A stretch of 64,000 nucleotides of DNA from an uncultured Planctomycetia bacterium (GTDB taxonomy: Bacteria > Omnitrophota > Gorgyraeia > 2-02-FULL-51-18 > JAGOUK01): NCBI GenBank assembly GCA_964430735.1, contig CAYSFB010000004.1, positions 40,040-104,039 on the forward strand, written 5' to 3'. Within the stretch, counting starts at the first letter, position 1, and each line of letters starts with the position of its first letter. Below the pieces are notes generated by a model that saw nothing but the letters and a program-made list of their open reading frames with translations, was not told the DNA's origin and searched no databases. Shown here one piece after another: positions 28,197-37,674 of the stretch. Both the position numbers and the translations under genes were made by a program.

Positions 28197-29235
28197 GGCA
28201 TGGGCGGCCGTCGCGGCCGCGGCCTGGGTGTTGCTTGGCGCCGGCGTCCCGGTCCACGCGTCGAACACGGTGGACCGCATTCTGGTCGTCGTGAACGACG
28301 AGATCATCACGGAGTCCGACCTGACGCAGGCGCTGTACCCCCTGATCACGCGGCTGCGCGCCACCGCCTCCGGACCCGACCTCGATCTCAAGATCCAGGA
28401 AGTCCGCCGGAACGTTCTGCGGGACATGATCTCCGACCGTCTCATCATCAGCTCTGCCCGCGCGCTGGATCCCCGTTTCAAGATCGTCGCCGAACCCGCC
28501 GAGATCGACGAAATGGTCACGCAGATGCGCGAAAAATTCCCGTCCGAAGAAGTGTTCGATAAGGTGATGCTGGAGCAGGGGATGTCCCACAAAAAGCTGC
28601 GCGACCGGTTCCGGGACGACATCATGAAGCGCAAGATGGTCGACTTCAAGGTCAAATCGCGCGTGACGCTGTCACCCGGCGAAATCAAGGCGTTTTACGA
28701 CGCGCATCCCGACGATTTTCGGGGCGTGCCCGAAATTCATGCCCGCCAGATCCTGGTCCGTGCCGGCACCAACCGGTCGGAAGAGCTGGCGCAGAGCACC
28801 GTCCAATCGATCGTCGATCAGTTGGCCAAGGGCGCCGACTTCGCGGCTCTGGCCAGGGAGTACTCGGAAGGGTCGGAAGCAGCTGAGGGCGGCGACATGG
28901 GCTGGGTTCGGCAGGGACGTTTCATGGACCGCATCGACAACGCGCTTTTTAAGCTTGAGCCGGGTCAGACCAGCGAGCCGGTGAAGACGCAGCTGGGCTT
29001 CCACCTGTTCCGCGTCGAAGAAAAGCGCACGGCTCCGGGTCAGACCTTCCAGGAGGCGATCCCGCGCATCGAAAATTATCTCTACAAGAAAAAAGTGGCC
29101 GATGAGCTTCAGCTTTGGATCAAGGAGCTCAAGGACGCCGCTTTTATTTCCTATCAGGACCCTGCGATCGCCGAACTGATGGCCGATTCGGAGACTGTAG
29201 CCGCCGCCGTTCCGGCTCCGGCGACGGCCTCCTAG
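28147..29235 (+). CDS. SurA-like periplasmic chaperone (SurA_N domain plus one parvulin PPIase domain). The start is uncertain; it overlaps the upstream gene by ~50 nt.
   Basis: Signal peptide ending VHA/SN. SurA_N-like region. PPIase motif HARQILV...GGDMGWVRQGRFMDRIDNALFKL...LGFHLFRV. Confidence 0.7.
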   Translation: MKNSISSTFPSSSRPLKAWAAVAAAAWVLLGAGVPVHASNTVDRILVVVNDEIITESDLTQALYPLITRLRATASGPDLDLKIQEVRRNVLRDMISDRLIISSARALDPRFKIVAEPAEIDEMVTQMREKFPSEEVFDKVMLEQGMSHKKLRDRFRDDIMKRKMVDFKVKSRVTLSPGEIKAFYDAHPDDFRGVPEIHARQILVRAGTNRSEELAQSTVQSIVDQLAKGADFAALAREYSEGSEAAEGGDMGWVRQGRFMDRIDNALFKLEPGQTSEPVKTQLGFHLFRVEEKRTAPGQTFQEAIPRIENYLYKKKVADELQLWIKELKDAAFISYQDPAIAELMADSETVAAAVPAPATAS

Positions 29236-29237
29236 AC

Positions 29238-30107
29238 TTGGACTCCGCTCCGGGCGCGGGGGAGTCGCTCCAGCGCCGTCTCGATACCTTCCTTCGCCAG
29301 CTCCATACCCGTCCCCGCCAGCGACTCGGCCAGAACTTCATGACCGACCGCGCCATCCTTGAGTTGATCGGCGCCGCGGCCGCCCAGGTTCCTGCCCAAG
29401 CCGTTCTCGAAATCGGTCCGGGTGCGGGCTTTTTGACCGAAGAGCTGCTCAAACTGGGGCTTCCACTCACCGCGGTGGACGCGGACCGTCTCTTCGCCGA
29501 AGCTTTGGGCGCCCGGTTCGCCGGACATCCCGGGGTCCGCGTCGTGCATTCGGATATTCTGCGCTGGGACCCGGCCGGAACGCTCCCGGAAGGCACGCTG
29601 GCCGCCGGCAACATCCCCTACAACATCACGTCGCCTATTCTCGAATGGCTCCTGGAGCGCAAGACGCTGTGGGCCGCGGCCATCCTCACGGTTCAACGCG
29701 AATTCGCCGACCGCCTCGTCGCGCCGGCCGGGACGCGGGAGTGCGGACCGATTTCGGTCTGGATGCAGCTGCACGCGGATATCCGGATCGTGAAGATTAT
29801 CGGGCGCGGCGCCTTCAGCCCTCCGCCCAAAGTGGACTCCGCGGTGATCCGCGTCGATTTTTTAAAGGAACCCCGGTATGCGCCCGGCACGGGAGAAACG
29901 CTCGAGCGGGTGATGCGCGCCGCCTTCCAGATGCGCCGCAAGCAGCTGATTCATGCGGTCCGCGCGGCGGCCGGTTCCCGGGAAGCGGCCGAGGCGGTTT
30001 GTCATGCGGCGGCGATCACGTCCGAGCAGCGCCCCGAAACGCTCACCCTGCAAAATTGGATCGACCTGGCCTCCGCCCTCCACCGGGCAAAATCGACGCC
30101 TGCGTGA
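29238..30107 (+). CDS. rsmA: 16S rRNA (adenine1518-N6/adenine1519-N6)-dimethyltransferase. Probable TTG start; the exact start is uncertain.
   Basis: RLGQNFMTDRAIL...VLEIGPGAGFLTEEL...NIPYNITSPIL are KsgA motifs. Confidence 0.8.
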   Translation: MDSAPGAGESLQRRLDTFLRQLHTRPRQRLGQNFMTDRAILELIGAAAAQVPAQAVLEIGPGAGFLTEELLKLGLPLTAVDADRLFAEALGARFAGHPGVRVVHSDILRWDPAGTLPEGTLAAGNIPYNITSPILEWLLERKTLWAAAILTVQREFADRLVAPAGTRECGPISVWMQLHADIRIVKIIGRGAFSPPPKVDSAVIRVDFLKEPRYAPGTGETLERVMRAAFQMRRKQLIHAVRAAAGSREAAEAVCHAAAITSEQRPETLTLQNWIDLASALHRAKSTPA

Positions 30108-30134
30108 TAAAATGCCGGTTTCCCAAACGAATGG

Positions 30135-30431
30135 ATGGCTCTCATGAAAATTGACGTCAAAAAAGTTGCGAGTTTGGCCAAGATTGAGCTGACGGATGAC
30201 GAGTCGGCGAAGCTGGGCCGTCAGTTCGAGGACATTCTCGGTTACATCCAGAAGCTCGAATCGGTCGACACGACGGGCGCCGAGCCCGCCTACCATCCCT
30301 TCGAAATCAAGAACGCCTTCCGGCCAGACGACGTGCATCCGCCGCTCGGCGTCGACCGCCTGCTCGCCATCGCTCCGCGCGCGGGGCGGGGGATGATCGA
30401 AGTTCCGCCCATCATCGAGCGCAAGGACTGA
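30135..30431 (+). CDS. gatC: Glu/Asp-tRNA amidotransferase subunit C
   Basis: KIDVKKVASLAKIELTDDESAKLGRQFEDILGYIQKLESVDTTGAEP matches GatC. Confidence 0.85.
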   Translation: MALMKIDVKKVASLAKIELTDDESAKLGRQFEDILGYIQKLESVDTTGAEPAYHPFEIKNAFRPDDVHPPLGVDRLLAIAPRAGRGMIEVPPIIERKD

Positions 30432-30438
30432 CCGCGTC

Positions 30439-31899
30439 ATGAGTTTCATCCGCAAGCAGCTGGAATCCCGTCGTCCCGCCGCCGACGTGCTTCAGGAGCA
30501 CCTGAAGCGCATCGACGCGCATAACCCCAAAATTCAGGCATTCATCTCAACGGAAGGACGCGACGCGTCGCTGGCGTTTGTATCGGCCGACTCGAATCCC
30601 AAGCTGAAGCTGGCGGGCGTCCCGATCGGCGTGAAGGACAATATCTGCGTCCGCGGATGGGAGATCACCTGCGGTTCCAAAATTCTCAAAGGTTACAAAG
30701 CCCCGTACCACGCGACCGTGATCGACCGCCTTCTCGCCGAAGGCGCGGTGCTCACCGGCCGGGTGAACATGGACGAGTTCGCGTTCGGCTCCTCGTGCGA
30801 AACTTCGGCGTACGGCCCGACCCGGAACCCCTGGGATACGGAGCGCGTGCCGGGAGGATCCAGCGGCGGTTCGGCCGCCGCGGTCGCCGCCGGCCTCGTG
30901 CCGGTCGCGCTGGGTTCGGACACCGGCGGTTCCGTGCGCCAGCCGGCGTCGTTCTGCGGCGTCGTGGGGCTCAAGCCCACCTACGGCCGCGTGTCGCGTT
31001 ACGGACTGGTCGCGTTTGCGTCGAGCCTCGACCAGATCGGCCCGATCACCGCGAACGTCGAAGACAGCGCGCGCATCCTCGAAGTGATCGCAGGCCACGA
31101 TCCGATGGACTCGACCTCGTCTCCGGCTCCCGTCGAGGCTTATTCCAAGAAGCTTGGCGAGTCGATCAAGGGTCTTCGGATCGGATTGCCCAAAGAATTC
31201 CTGTCCTTCCCGCTGCCCAAGGATGTTCAAGCGGCGTTCGATCAGGCGATCCGCACGCTGACCGCCGCGGGAGCGCACATCGTCGACGTGTCGCTGCCGC
31301 ACACGGAACACGCAGTCTCCGTTTATTACATCGTGGGTCCATGCGAGGCGAGCTCCAACCTGTCGCGCTTTGACGGCGTGCGGTACGGCAACCGGGACCT
31401 GACCGCCAAAACGCTCGCGGACCTTTACCTGCGCACGCGCCACGACGGGTTCGGCGCCGAGGCCAAGCGGCGCATCATCCTCGGCACCTTCGCACTTTCG
31501 AGCGGCTACTATGACGCGTACTACCTGAAGGCGATGAAGGTTCGCCGCAAGATGATCGACGATTACGAGCGCGCGTTCGAACAGGCGGACGTCCTGGTCT
31601 GCCCGACCGCTCCGTCCGGCGCCTTTAAAATCGGCGAAAAATCCAGCGACCCCTTGAGCATGTACCTCTCCGATATTTACACGCTGTCCGCCAATCTGGT
31701 CGGCGTCCCGGCCGTTTCCGTGCCGTGCGGATACGATGCTCAGGGCCTCCCGGTCGGACTCCAGTTCATGGCCAAGCCGTTCGCAGAAAGCACGCTGCTC
31801 AAGGCCGCGTACGCGTTCGAGCAGGCCTCCGGCGCGTCGGCCGGCCGTCGTCCCGTCATCGATGCGGAACCAGCGGCAACAGCCAAGGCGGCCCGATGA
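30439..31899 (+). CDS. gatA: Glu/Asp-tRNA amidotransferase subunit A
   Basis: Amidase signature GGSSGGSAAAVAAGLVPVALGSDTGGSVRQPASFCGVVGLKPTYG. Confidence 0.9.
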   Translation: MSFIRKQLESRRPAADVLQEHLKRIDAHNPKIQAFISTEGRDASLAFVSADSNPKLKLAGVPIGVKDNICVRGWEITCGSKILKGYKAPYHATVIDRLLAEGAVLTGRVNMDEFAFGSSCETSAYGPTRNPWDTERVPGGSSGGSAAAVAAGLVPVALGSDTGGSVRQPASFCGVVGLKPTYGRVSRYGLVAFASSLDQIGPITANVEDSARILEVIAGHDPMDSTSSPAPVEAYSKKLGESIKGLRIGLPKEFLSFPLPKDVQAAFDQAIRTLTAAGAHIVDVSLPHTEHAVSVYYIVGPCEASSNLSRFDGVRYGNRDLTAKTLADLYLRTRHDGFGAEAKRRIILGTFALSSGYYDAYYLKAMKVRRKMIDDYERAFEQADVLVCPTAPSGAFKIGEKSSDPLSMYLSDIYTLSANLVGVPAVSVPCGYDAQGLPVGLQFMAKPFAESTLLKAAYAFEQASGASAGRRPVIDAEPAATAKAAR

Positions 31900-33434
31900 G
31901 CGCCGCACCCGCCTCCACAACCCGATACGACGTCGTGATCGGCCTCGAAGTCCACGTGCAGCTGGGCTCGAAGACGAAGATCTTCTGCGGCTGCCCGACG
32001 ACGTTCGGTGCGGCGCCCAACACCCAGGTCTGTCAGATTTGTGCAGGTTACCCGGGAACGCTGCCCGTCCTGAACCAGCGCGTGTTCGAGCTCGGTATGA
32101 CCGCGGTACTGGCGCTGGGGGGCAGGGTCGCGCCCCGCGTGAAGTTCGACCGGAAGAATTACTTTTATCCCGACCTTCCCAAGGGTTATCAGATTTCGCA
32201 GTTCGACAAACCGCTCGGTGAAGGCGGCGGCATCGACATCATCGGCGACGACGGCCAGCCCCGGACGATCCGTCTGACCCGCCTGCATTTGGAAGAAGAC
32301 GCCGGCAAACTCACGCACGAAACGTCCGCCAGCTTCGTCGACCTGAACCGCGCGGGCGTCCCGCTCGCCGAAATCGTTTCGGAACCCGAGATCAAGAGCC
32401 CCGACGAAGCCTATCAATACCTCACGAACCTGAAGGCGATCATCAAAGCCGCGGCCGTTTCGGACGCCGATATGGAAAAGGGCCAGCTCCGCTGCGACGC
32501 GAACGTGTCGCTGCGGCGCAGCGCTTCCGACCCGTACGGCACACGCGTGGAAATCAAAAACGTCAATTCCTTCAAGAACGTCCGCGCCGCGCTGGAGTAT
32601 GAGATCGACCGCCAGGCGAAGCTGCTGGACGCCGGGGAACCGGTTGTCCAGGAGACGCGCCTGTACGACGCGGCCAAGAACTCGACGCATTCGATGCGCT
32701 CCAAAGAACAGGCGCACGATTACCGTTATTTCCCCGAGCCGGACCTCGTACCGTTCGTTGTCACCGAAGCCGAGATCGAGGAGGCCCGCAAACGCCTCCC
32801 CGAATTGCCCACGCAGAAGCGCGAGCGCCTGAAGACCCAATACGGCCTGACCGACTACGACGCCCGCGCCCTCGTCGCATCTCAGGGCCTGGCAGTCGTC
32901 TTCGAGGAGCTCGCCAAAAAAACCTCCCAGCACAAGAGTCTCGTCAACTGGCTCATCGGTCCCGTGTCCGCAGCCGCCAACGAACGCTCCGGTATCATCG
33001 AGGACATGTCCATGGACGGCGATCTCATCATCATCCCGACGCGCCCCGCCGCCGAAGTCCTCGGCGTGGACACGTCCGGCTCCGGCCAACCCATGCACCT
33101 CAAGGCCTCCGGCCTCCTCCAAATCCTCGAACTGATCGAAAAAGGCACGGTCAGTCTGAAGGTTTGTCGTGAAGATGTGTTTCCCGAGTGGCTGAAGACC
33201 GGTGAAGACCCTGGAAAGATCGTTGAGAAAAAGGGCTTGGGACAAATTTCCGACACCGGCGCACTCGAAGCCGCCTGCGACGAAGCCATCGCCAAAAACC
33301 CCAAATCCGTCGAAGACTACAAAGCCGGCAAAGAAAACGCCCTGATGTTTTTGATGGGCCAAGTCATGCGCGCATCCAAGGGCAAGGCGAATCCCAACGT
33401 TGTCAACGAGCTCCTGAAAAAGAAGCTTCAGTGA
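31896..33434 (+). CDS. gatB: Glu/Asp-tRNA amidotransferase subunit B
   Basis: YDVVIGLEVHVQLGSKTKIFCGCPTTFG...NRAGVPLAEIVSEPE plus a C-terminal GatB/YqeY domain. Confidence 0.9.
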   Translation: MSAAPASTTRYDVVIGLEVHVQLGSKTKIFCGCPTTFGAAPNTQVCQICAGYPGTLPVLNQRVFELGMTAVLALGGRVAPRVKFDRKNYFYPDLPKGYQISQFDKPLGEGGGIDIIGDDGQPRTIRLTRLHLEEDAGKLTHETSASFVDLNRAGVPLAEIVSEPEIKSPDEAYQYLTNLKAIIKAAAVSDADMEKGQLRCDANVSLRRSASDPYGTRVEIKNVNSFKNVRAALEYEIDRQAKLLDAGEPVVQETRLYDAAKNSTHSMRSKEQAHDYRYFPEPDLVPFVVTEAEIEEARKRLPELPTQKRERLKTQYGLTDYDARALVASQGLAVVFEELAKKTSQHKSLVNWLIGPVSAAANERSGIIEDMSMDGDLIIIPTRPAAEVLGVDTSGSGQPMHLKASGLLQILELIEKGTVSLKVCREDVFPEWLKTGEDPGKIVEKKGLGQISDTGALEAACDEAIAKNPKSVEDYKAGKENALMFLMGQVMRASKGKANPNVVNELLKKKLQ

Positions 33435-33436
33435 CG

Positions 33437-34912
33437 ATGGCAAATTCGGCGAAGCCGGAATGTCTGTTGTCGCAGGACTTTTTGTCGGAGGCGTCGTCCC
33501 CGACGCCGACGACAAATGGAGCGAGCGCGCCTCGTCTCCGACAGCGCGCGAGCGGCTATGTCCGGAGACAACAGACATTCCGGCTGACCGTAATTTTTCT
33601 CGCACTGAATCTACTTTTTCCCGTCACATCGATCACTCCCGTTTGGTCCGCCGACGACGCTCCGAAGGCTGCCGCCGGAGCCGCGCCTGACGCCAAGCTC
33701 GAGGAGATCTACGGCGATTTGGAAACGTTTGCCGACTCGCTCGCCATCATCGAGAACCATTACGTCGACCCGGTCACGCCCAAGAAGCTCGTGTACGGAG
33801 CGATGAAGGGGATGTTGGCCTCGCTCGACCCGTACAGCCAATTCCTCGAGCCGGCTGACCACGAAGAGATCCGTCAGGAAACCGAAGGCCGGTTCGGCGG
33901 CATCGGCGTCGAAATCTCGGTCCGCGAGGGTGTCCTCTCGGTCGTGACCGCCATCGACGACACTCCGGCCCACCATGCAGGCCTCCTGCCGGAGGACAAG
34001 ATCGTCCAGATCAACGGCGAATCGACGCGCGACCTCATGCTGGACGAGGCGGTCAAAATGCTCCGCGGCGAACCCGGGACCGAAGTCCGGCTCTCCGTCA
34101 TGCGCGAAGGCGAGTCGCGCATCCTCGAATTCAACCTCAAGCGCTCCGTGATCAAGGTTAAGAGCGTCAAGCGCGCCGGATTCATCGAAGACGGCATCGG
34201 GTATATCCGTATCTCGGAATTCCAGGAGAACACTCCGGCCGATTTCAAGCGCGCGCTCGCGTCGCTCGAAAAGCAGAGCCTCCGCGCCCTCATCCTCGAC
34301 CTCCGCAACAATCCCGGAGGACTTTTTCCGGAATCCGTGAAGGTCGCCGAGAACTTCGTACCGGCCGACCAGCTCATCGTATCGACCAAGGGCCGCACGG
34401 CGGAGCAGAACGCGGACTTTTTGTCCTCCGGACCCGCGGAGCGCAAGGCCTACCCCATCGCGGTGCTCGTGAACCGCGGCACGGCCAGCGCGTCGGAGAT
34501 CGTCGCCGGCGCCCTCCAGGACCATCAGCTTGCGATCCTGGTCGGCACGCGCACCTTCGGTAAGGGGTCCGTGCAGACGGTGATCCCGATGAAGGACGGC
34601 TCCGCCGTGCGCATGACCACGAGCCGCTATTACACTCCGAGCGGCCGGATGATCCACGGCGAGGGGATCACGCCCGACATCGAAGCGGCGTACGAGCCGC
34701 CGGTGGAACCGGCCGTTCCAGCGCAGCCGGAACAGGACCCCAAGATCCAGGAAGTGTTCGACCAGGTGGAGACGGTCGTCGACGCGCCCCGTAAAAAGGC
34801 GCCTGAACCCGTCACGCTCCAGACCCTCCGCGAACGCGACAGCCAGATCCGGCGCGCGATCGACATTTTGAAGGCCTTGAAGATTTATGGCACGGCGAAG
34901 CCGCAAGTTTAA
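33437..34912 (+). CDS. ctpA: Carboxyl-terminal processing protease (S41, PDZ-containing). The start is uncertain: ATG 33437 would give a ~50-aa N-extension encoded by repeat copy 3 ahead of the signal/anchor LTVIFLALNLLFPVTSITPVWSA. The alternative is a non-canonical start (TTG/CTG) inside the repeat.
   Basis: S41 motifs are present: a PDZ region, LILDLRNNPGG, VLVNRGTASASEIVAGALQDHQLAILVGTRTFGKGSVQ. There is no in-frame ATG between 33437 and the hydrophobic segment. Confidence 0.8.
   Translation: MANSAKPECLLSQDFLSEASSPTPTTNGASAPRLRQRASGYVRRQQTFRLTVIFLALNLLFPVTSITPVWSADDAPKAAAGAAPDAKLEEIYGDLETFADSLAIIENHYVDPVTPKKLVYGAMKGMLASLDPYSQFLEPADHEEIRQETEGRFGGIGVEISVREGVLSVVTAIDDTPAHHAGLLPEDKIVQINGESTRDLMLDEAVKMLRGEPGTEVRLSVMREGESRILEFNLKRSVIKVKSVKRAGFIEDGIGYIRISEFQENTPADFKRALASLEKQSLRALILDLRNNPGGLFPESVKVAENFVPADQLIVSTKGRTAEQNADFLSSGPAERKAYPIAVLVNRGTASASEIVAGALQDHQLAILVGTRTFGKGSVQTVIPMKDGSAVRMTTSRYYTPSGRMIHGEGITPDIEAAYEPPVEPAVPAQPEQDPKIQEVFDQVETVVDAPRKKAPEPVTLQTLRERDSQIRRAIDILKALKIYGTAKPQV
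33454..33584 (+). repeat. Structured intergenic repeat, copy 3. The core is TTTTTGTCGGAGGCGTCGTCCCCGACGCCGACGACAAATGGAGCGAGCGCGCCTCGTCTCCGACAGCGCGCGAGCGGCTATG, nested in a unique perfect 18-bp inverted repeat (gccggaatgtctgttgtc / gacaacagacattccggc).
   Basis: Read directly from the sequence. It lies immediately 3' of gatB and overlaps the 5' end and start region of ctpA. Confidence 0.65.
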
Positions 34913-35846
34913 ACTCCCCCCGATGTCCCCGGGCGTGCGCAAATGGCTGTTTGCGCTGCTGTTTTTGACCGGTGGACTGCTGCTCGGAATTCAAATCGGC
35001 GAGTGGACCGCGCCCAAGCCGCCTGCGAAGCTGGACGCCCCTGTCCGCAAAGCTGTTGCCAAGCCTGCGGCCCCCAAGCCGGCTGTTCCCAAGCCGGCCG
35101 CGGCGCCGCGTCCGGCTCCGGCTTCGTCCGCGCCCGCGCCGTCCGCCGCTCCAGCCCGTTATTTTTCGTCCGCGCCCAAAGTCGCGATCGTGCTCGACGA
35201 TTGGGGTTACAACCTCAAGGCGATCGGCACCGCCGTCCAGATCAAGGAACCTTTGACCCTCGCCGTCCTTCCGCATCTCCCGTACTCCGCCGAGGTCGCG
35301 CGGCAGGCGCATGCGGCCGGGCACGAGATCATGCTGCATATGCCGATGGAACCGATCAACGACGTTCCGCTCGAAGAGGGGACGATCCTGACGTCGATGG
35401 CCGCCGGAGAGGTCAAAGACCTTCTCGGCTCGGCCATCCGCGGTATTCCGTTCGTCCGGGGCGTGAACAACCACATGGGTTCCAAAGTCACGAAGGACCC
35501 GAGAACGCTCGGGATCGTGATGTCCGAGCTCAAGGCCCGTAACCTGTTTTTTCTCAACAGCATGACGACGGGCAGTCCGGTCGGCCGTGAAACGGCCGGC
35601 GACGTGGGGCTCGATTATGCGGAGCGCGACATTTTTCTCGACAACGAACGGACTGAGGCGGCCATCCTCCGCCAGCTCGAGGAGCTCAAAGCCACGGCGA
35701 TCCGCAACGGCTCCGCGATCGGCATCGGCCACGACGAGCCGGTCACGCTGCGCGCCATCCAAAAAGTCCTGCCCGCCTGGCGCGCCGAGGGCATCGAAGT
35801 CCACAAGCTCTCCGACCTGATCCGGCACAACTCCGAAGGGGTCTAG
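34887..35846 (+). CDS. Divergent polysaccharide deacetylase family protein (YibQ-like) with an N-terminal TM segment and a Pro/Ala-rich linker
   Basis: A VAIVLDDWGYN...LPHLPYS...HEIMLHMPMEP...VNNHMGSKVT architecture typical of YibQ. As in E. coli (envC-yibQ), it is adjacent to a protease gene. Confidence 0.65.
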   Translation: MARRSRKFKLPPMSPGVRKWLFALLFLTGGLLLGIQIGEWTAPKPPAKLDAPVRKAVAKPAAPKPAVPKPAAAPRPAPASSAPAPSAAPARYFSSAPKVAIVLDDWGYNLKAIGTAVQIKEPLTLAVLPHLPYSAEVARQAHAAGHEIMLHMPMEPINDVPLEEGTILTSMAAGEVKDLLGSAIRGIPFVRGVNNHMGSKVTKDPRTLGIVMSELKARNLFFLNSMTTGSPVGRETAGDVGLDYAERDIFLDNERTEAAILRQLEELKATAIRNGSAIGIGHDEPVTLRAIQKVLPAWRAEGIEVHKLSDLIRHNSEGV

Positions 35847-35850
35847 CCCC

Positions 35851-36927
35851 ATGATCACGCTCGGCATCGAAACTTCCTGCGACGAAACCGCCGTGGCGGT
35901 GGTCAGCGGAAACAAAATCCTCTCCGAAGTCGTCGCGTCGAGCATGGACCGGCACGCGCCGTACGGCGGCGTCGTTCCGGAGATCGCTTCGCGCGCCCAC
36001 ACCGAGGCGCTCCTGCCGCTCATCGACGCCGCGCTTCAAAAATCCAAAACTCCGCTCCGCAACATCGGACTCATCGCCGTGACGGGCGGTCCGGGGCTTT
36101 TGGGCTCCGTGCTGGTCGGCGTCGCCGCCGCCAAATCCGCCGCCGTCGCGCTCAAGAAGCCGGTCGCCTTCGTCGATCATGTGCTGGCCCACGCCTACGC
36201 CGGCGTCTGGCGGCTTCCGCCGGCCCGCCGCTATCCCTTTGTCGCGCTGGTGGTTTCGGGCGGACATACGATCCTCATCCATTGGAAATCCGCCGGGGAC
36301 ATCGAGCTCATCGGCAAGACGATGGACGACGCGGCCGGAGAGGCCTTTGACAAGGTCGGCAAGATGCTCGGGCTGGGGTATCCGGGCGGACCGGTGATCG
36401 ACCGCATCGCCCGGACCGGCGACGTCAAGGCGTTCCAGTTCCCGCGATCTCAGATGAACGAAGAGCACCTCGACTTCAGCTTCAGCGGCCTCAAGACGTC
36501 GGTTTTTTACAAAGTCTCGGCGCTCGAAAAGGAAGGGGCGCTGACCGACGCGGTCAAAGCCGACGTCGCGGCCGGCTTCCAGGAAGCGGCCTGCGAAGTG
36601 CTGGCGGCCAAGGCCGTTCGGGCCTGCCGGGAACGGAAGGTTAAAAGGCTCGTCGTCGGAGGCGGTGTGAGCGCCAACAGCCGGCTTCAGGAGCTTTTGA
36701 ATGCGGCGGGCCGGGAGTCGGGGATCGACGTGGTGTTTCCGGGGGTCAAGCTCTCGGTCGACAACGCCGTCATGATCGCGGCTCTGGGGCAGGAGATGGC
36801 CCGGGCCGGGTCGAGCCGGCTGGGCCGGCCGGCGAAGGGCCGCGCGGCGCTGGAATTCGAGCCGTACGCCGATTTCTTCGGGCGCAAATTTTTTTATACC
36901 CATTCCCGGAAGGGTAGGTTAGAATAA
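35851..36927 (+). CDS. tsaD: tRNA N6-adenosine threonylcarbamoyltransferase
   Basis: MITLGIETSCDETAVAVV...HVLAHAYA...VVSGGHT is the Kae1/TsaD signature. Confidence 0.9.
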   Translation: MITLGIETSCDETAVAVVSGNKILSEVVASSMDRHAPYGGVVPEIASRAHTEALLPLIDAALQKSKTPLRNIGLIAVTGGPGLLGSVLVGVAAAKSAAVALKKPVAFVDHVLAHAYAGVWRLPPARRYPFVALVVSGGHTILIHWKSAGDIELIGKTMDDAAGEAFDKVGKMLGLGYPGGPVIDRIARTGDVKAFQFPRSQMNEEHLDFSFSGLKTSVFYKVSALEKEGALTDAVKADVAAGFQEAACEVLAAKAVRACRERKVKRLVVGGGVSANSRLQELLNAAGRESGIDVVFPGVKLSVDNAVMIAALGQEMARAGSSRLGRPAKGRAALEFEPYADFFGRKFFYTHSRKGRLE

Positions 36928-37095
36928 TTCTCAAATTGAATTGAACCGGCCGCCCAGGGCCGGGTCCCGGCTCAGGCCGGCGACCGACCGCTTCCAGCGG
37001 ATGGATCACCCGCACAAATTTAGGTTCCGCTTCTGACAGCGATAATCGCCCGTGTTCCGAGTTGGTCCGCTTCGGCGGTCCGGGAGGAGTCAGCG

Positions 37096-37674
37096 ATGTT
37101 CATGCGAAAAAAGAACCCTCAAGCGGCCCATCCTTTCGTCGAAACGCCGCGGGAAAGAGTCCTCGAAATCGACGCGGCCACGCAAGGCGCCCTCACCTTC
37201 AAAGATCCCGTCAACATTCTGATCAGCGGACGTTTTGAGGGGACCTTGGACGCCGCCGGTTCTTTGACGGTCGGAGAAAAAGCCCAGGTCAAGGCGCGCA
37301 TCAAAAGCGGCCGGGTGCTGATCCATGGCGAAATGGTCGGCGACGTGATCGCGGCCGAATCCCTGAAGATTTGCGCAGGCGGCCGCCTGGTCGGCGACGT
37401 CCGGACGCCGGAGCTGATCGTGGAGCCCGGCGCAGTTCTCCACGGGGACGTGAGCATGATCGTTTCGCCGGACCGCTTTGCGGCGGATTCGAGACTCGTT
37501 CTGTCCGAGGATTTGTGGAGCGTCGACCAATTGGCGGCGTACCTGTCGGTGGAACGATCGATGATTTTTGAATGGGCGGACGCGGGGCGTCTCCCCGGCA
37601 TCAAGGACGAAAACGGCTGGCATTTTGACAAGCGGAAGGTGGACGAGTGGGTGACGAGCGGAAGGATCGGATGA
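37096..37674 (+). CDS. Bactofilin-domain protein fused to a C-terminal excisionase-type helix-turn-helix (HTH_17-like)
   Basis: Bactofilin beta-helix repeats: ILISGRFEGTLDAAGSLTVGEKAQVKARIKSGRVLIHGEMVGDVIAAESLKICAGGRLVGDV. The C-terminal LWSVDQLAAYLSVERSMIFEWADAGRLPGIKDENGWHFDKRKVDEWV fits the excisionase/AlpA-type HTH pattern. Confidence 0.7.
   Translation: MFMRKKNPQAAHPFVETPRERVLEIDAATQGALTFKDPVNILISGRFEGTLDAAGSLTVGEKAQVKARIKSGRVLIHGEMVGDVIAAESLKICAGGRLVGDVRTPELIVEPGAVLHGDVSMIVSPDRFAADSRLVLSEDLWSVDQLAAYLSVERSMIFEWADAGRLPGIKDENGWHFDKRKVDEWVTSGRIG

Noticed and set aside
36928-37095. GC-rich hairpins (ccggcc...ggccgg) after tsaD, checked as another repeat-family copy or a small RNA
   Set aside because: There is no similarity to the conserved repeat core. 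They look like ordinary GC-rich terminator-type hairpins.
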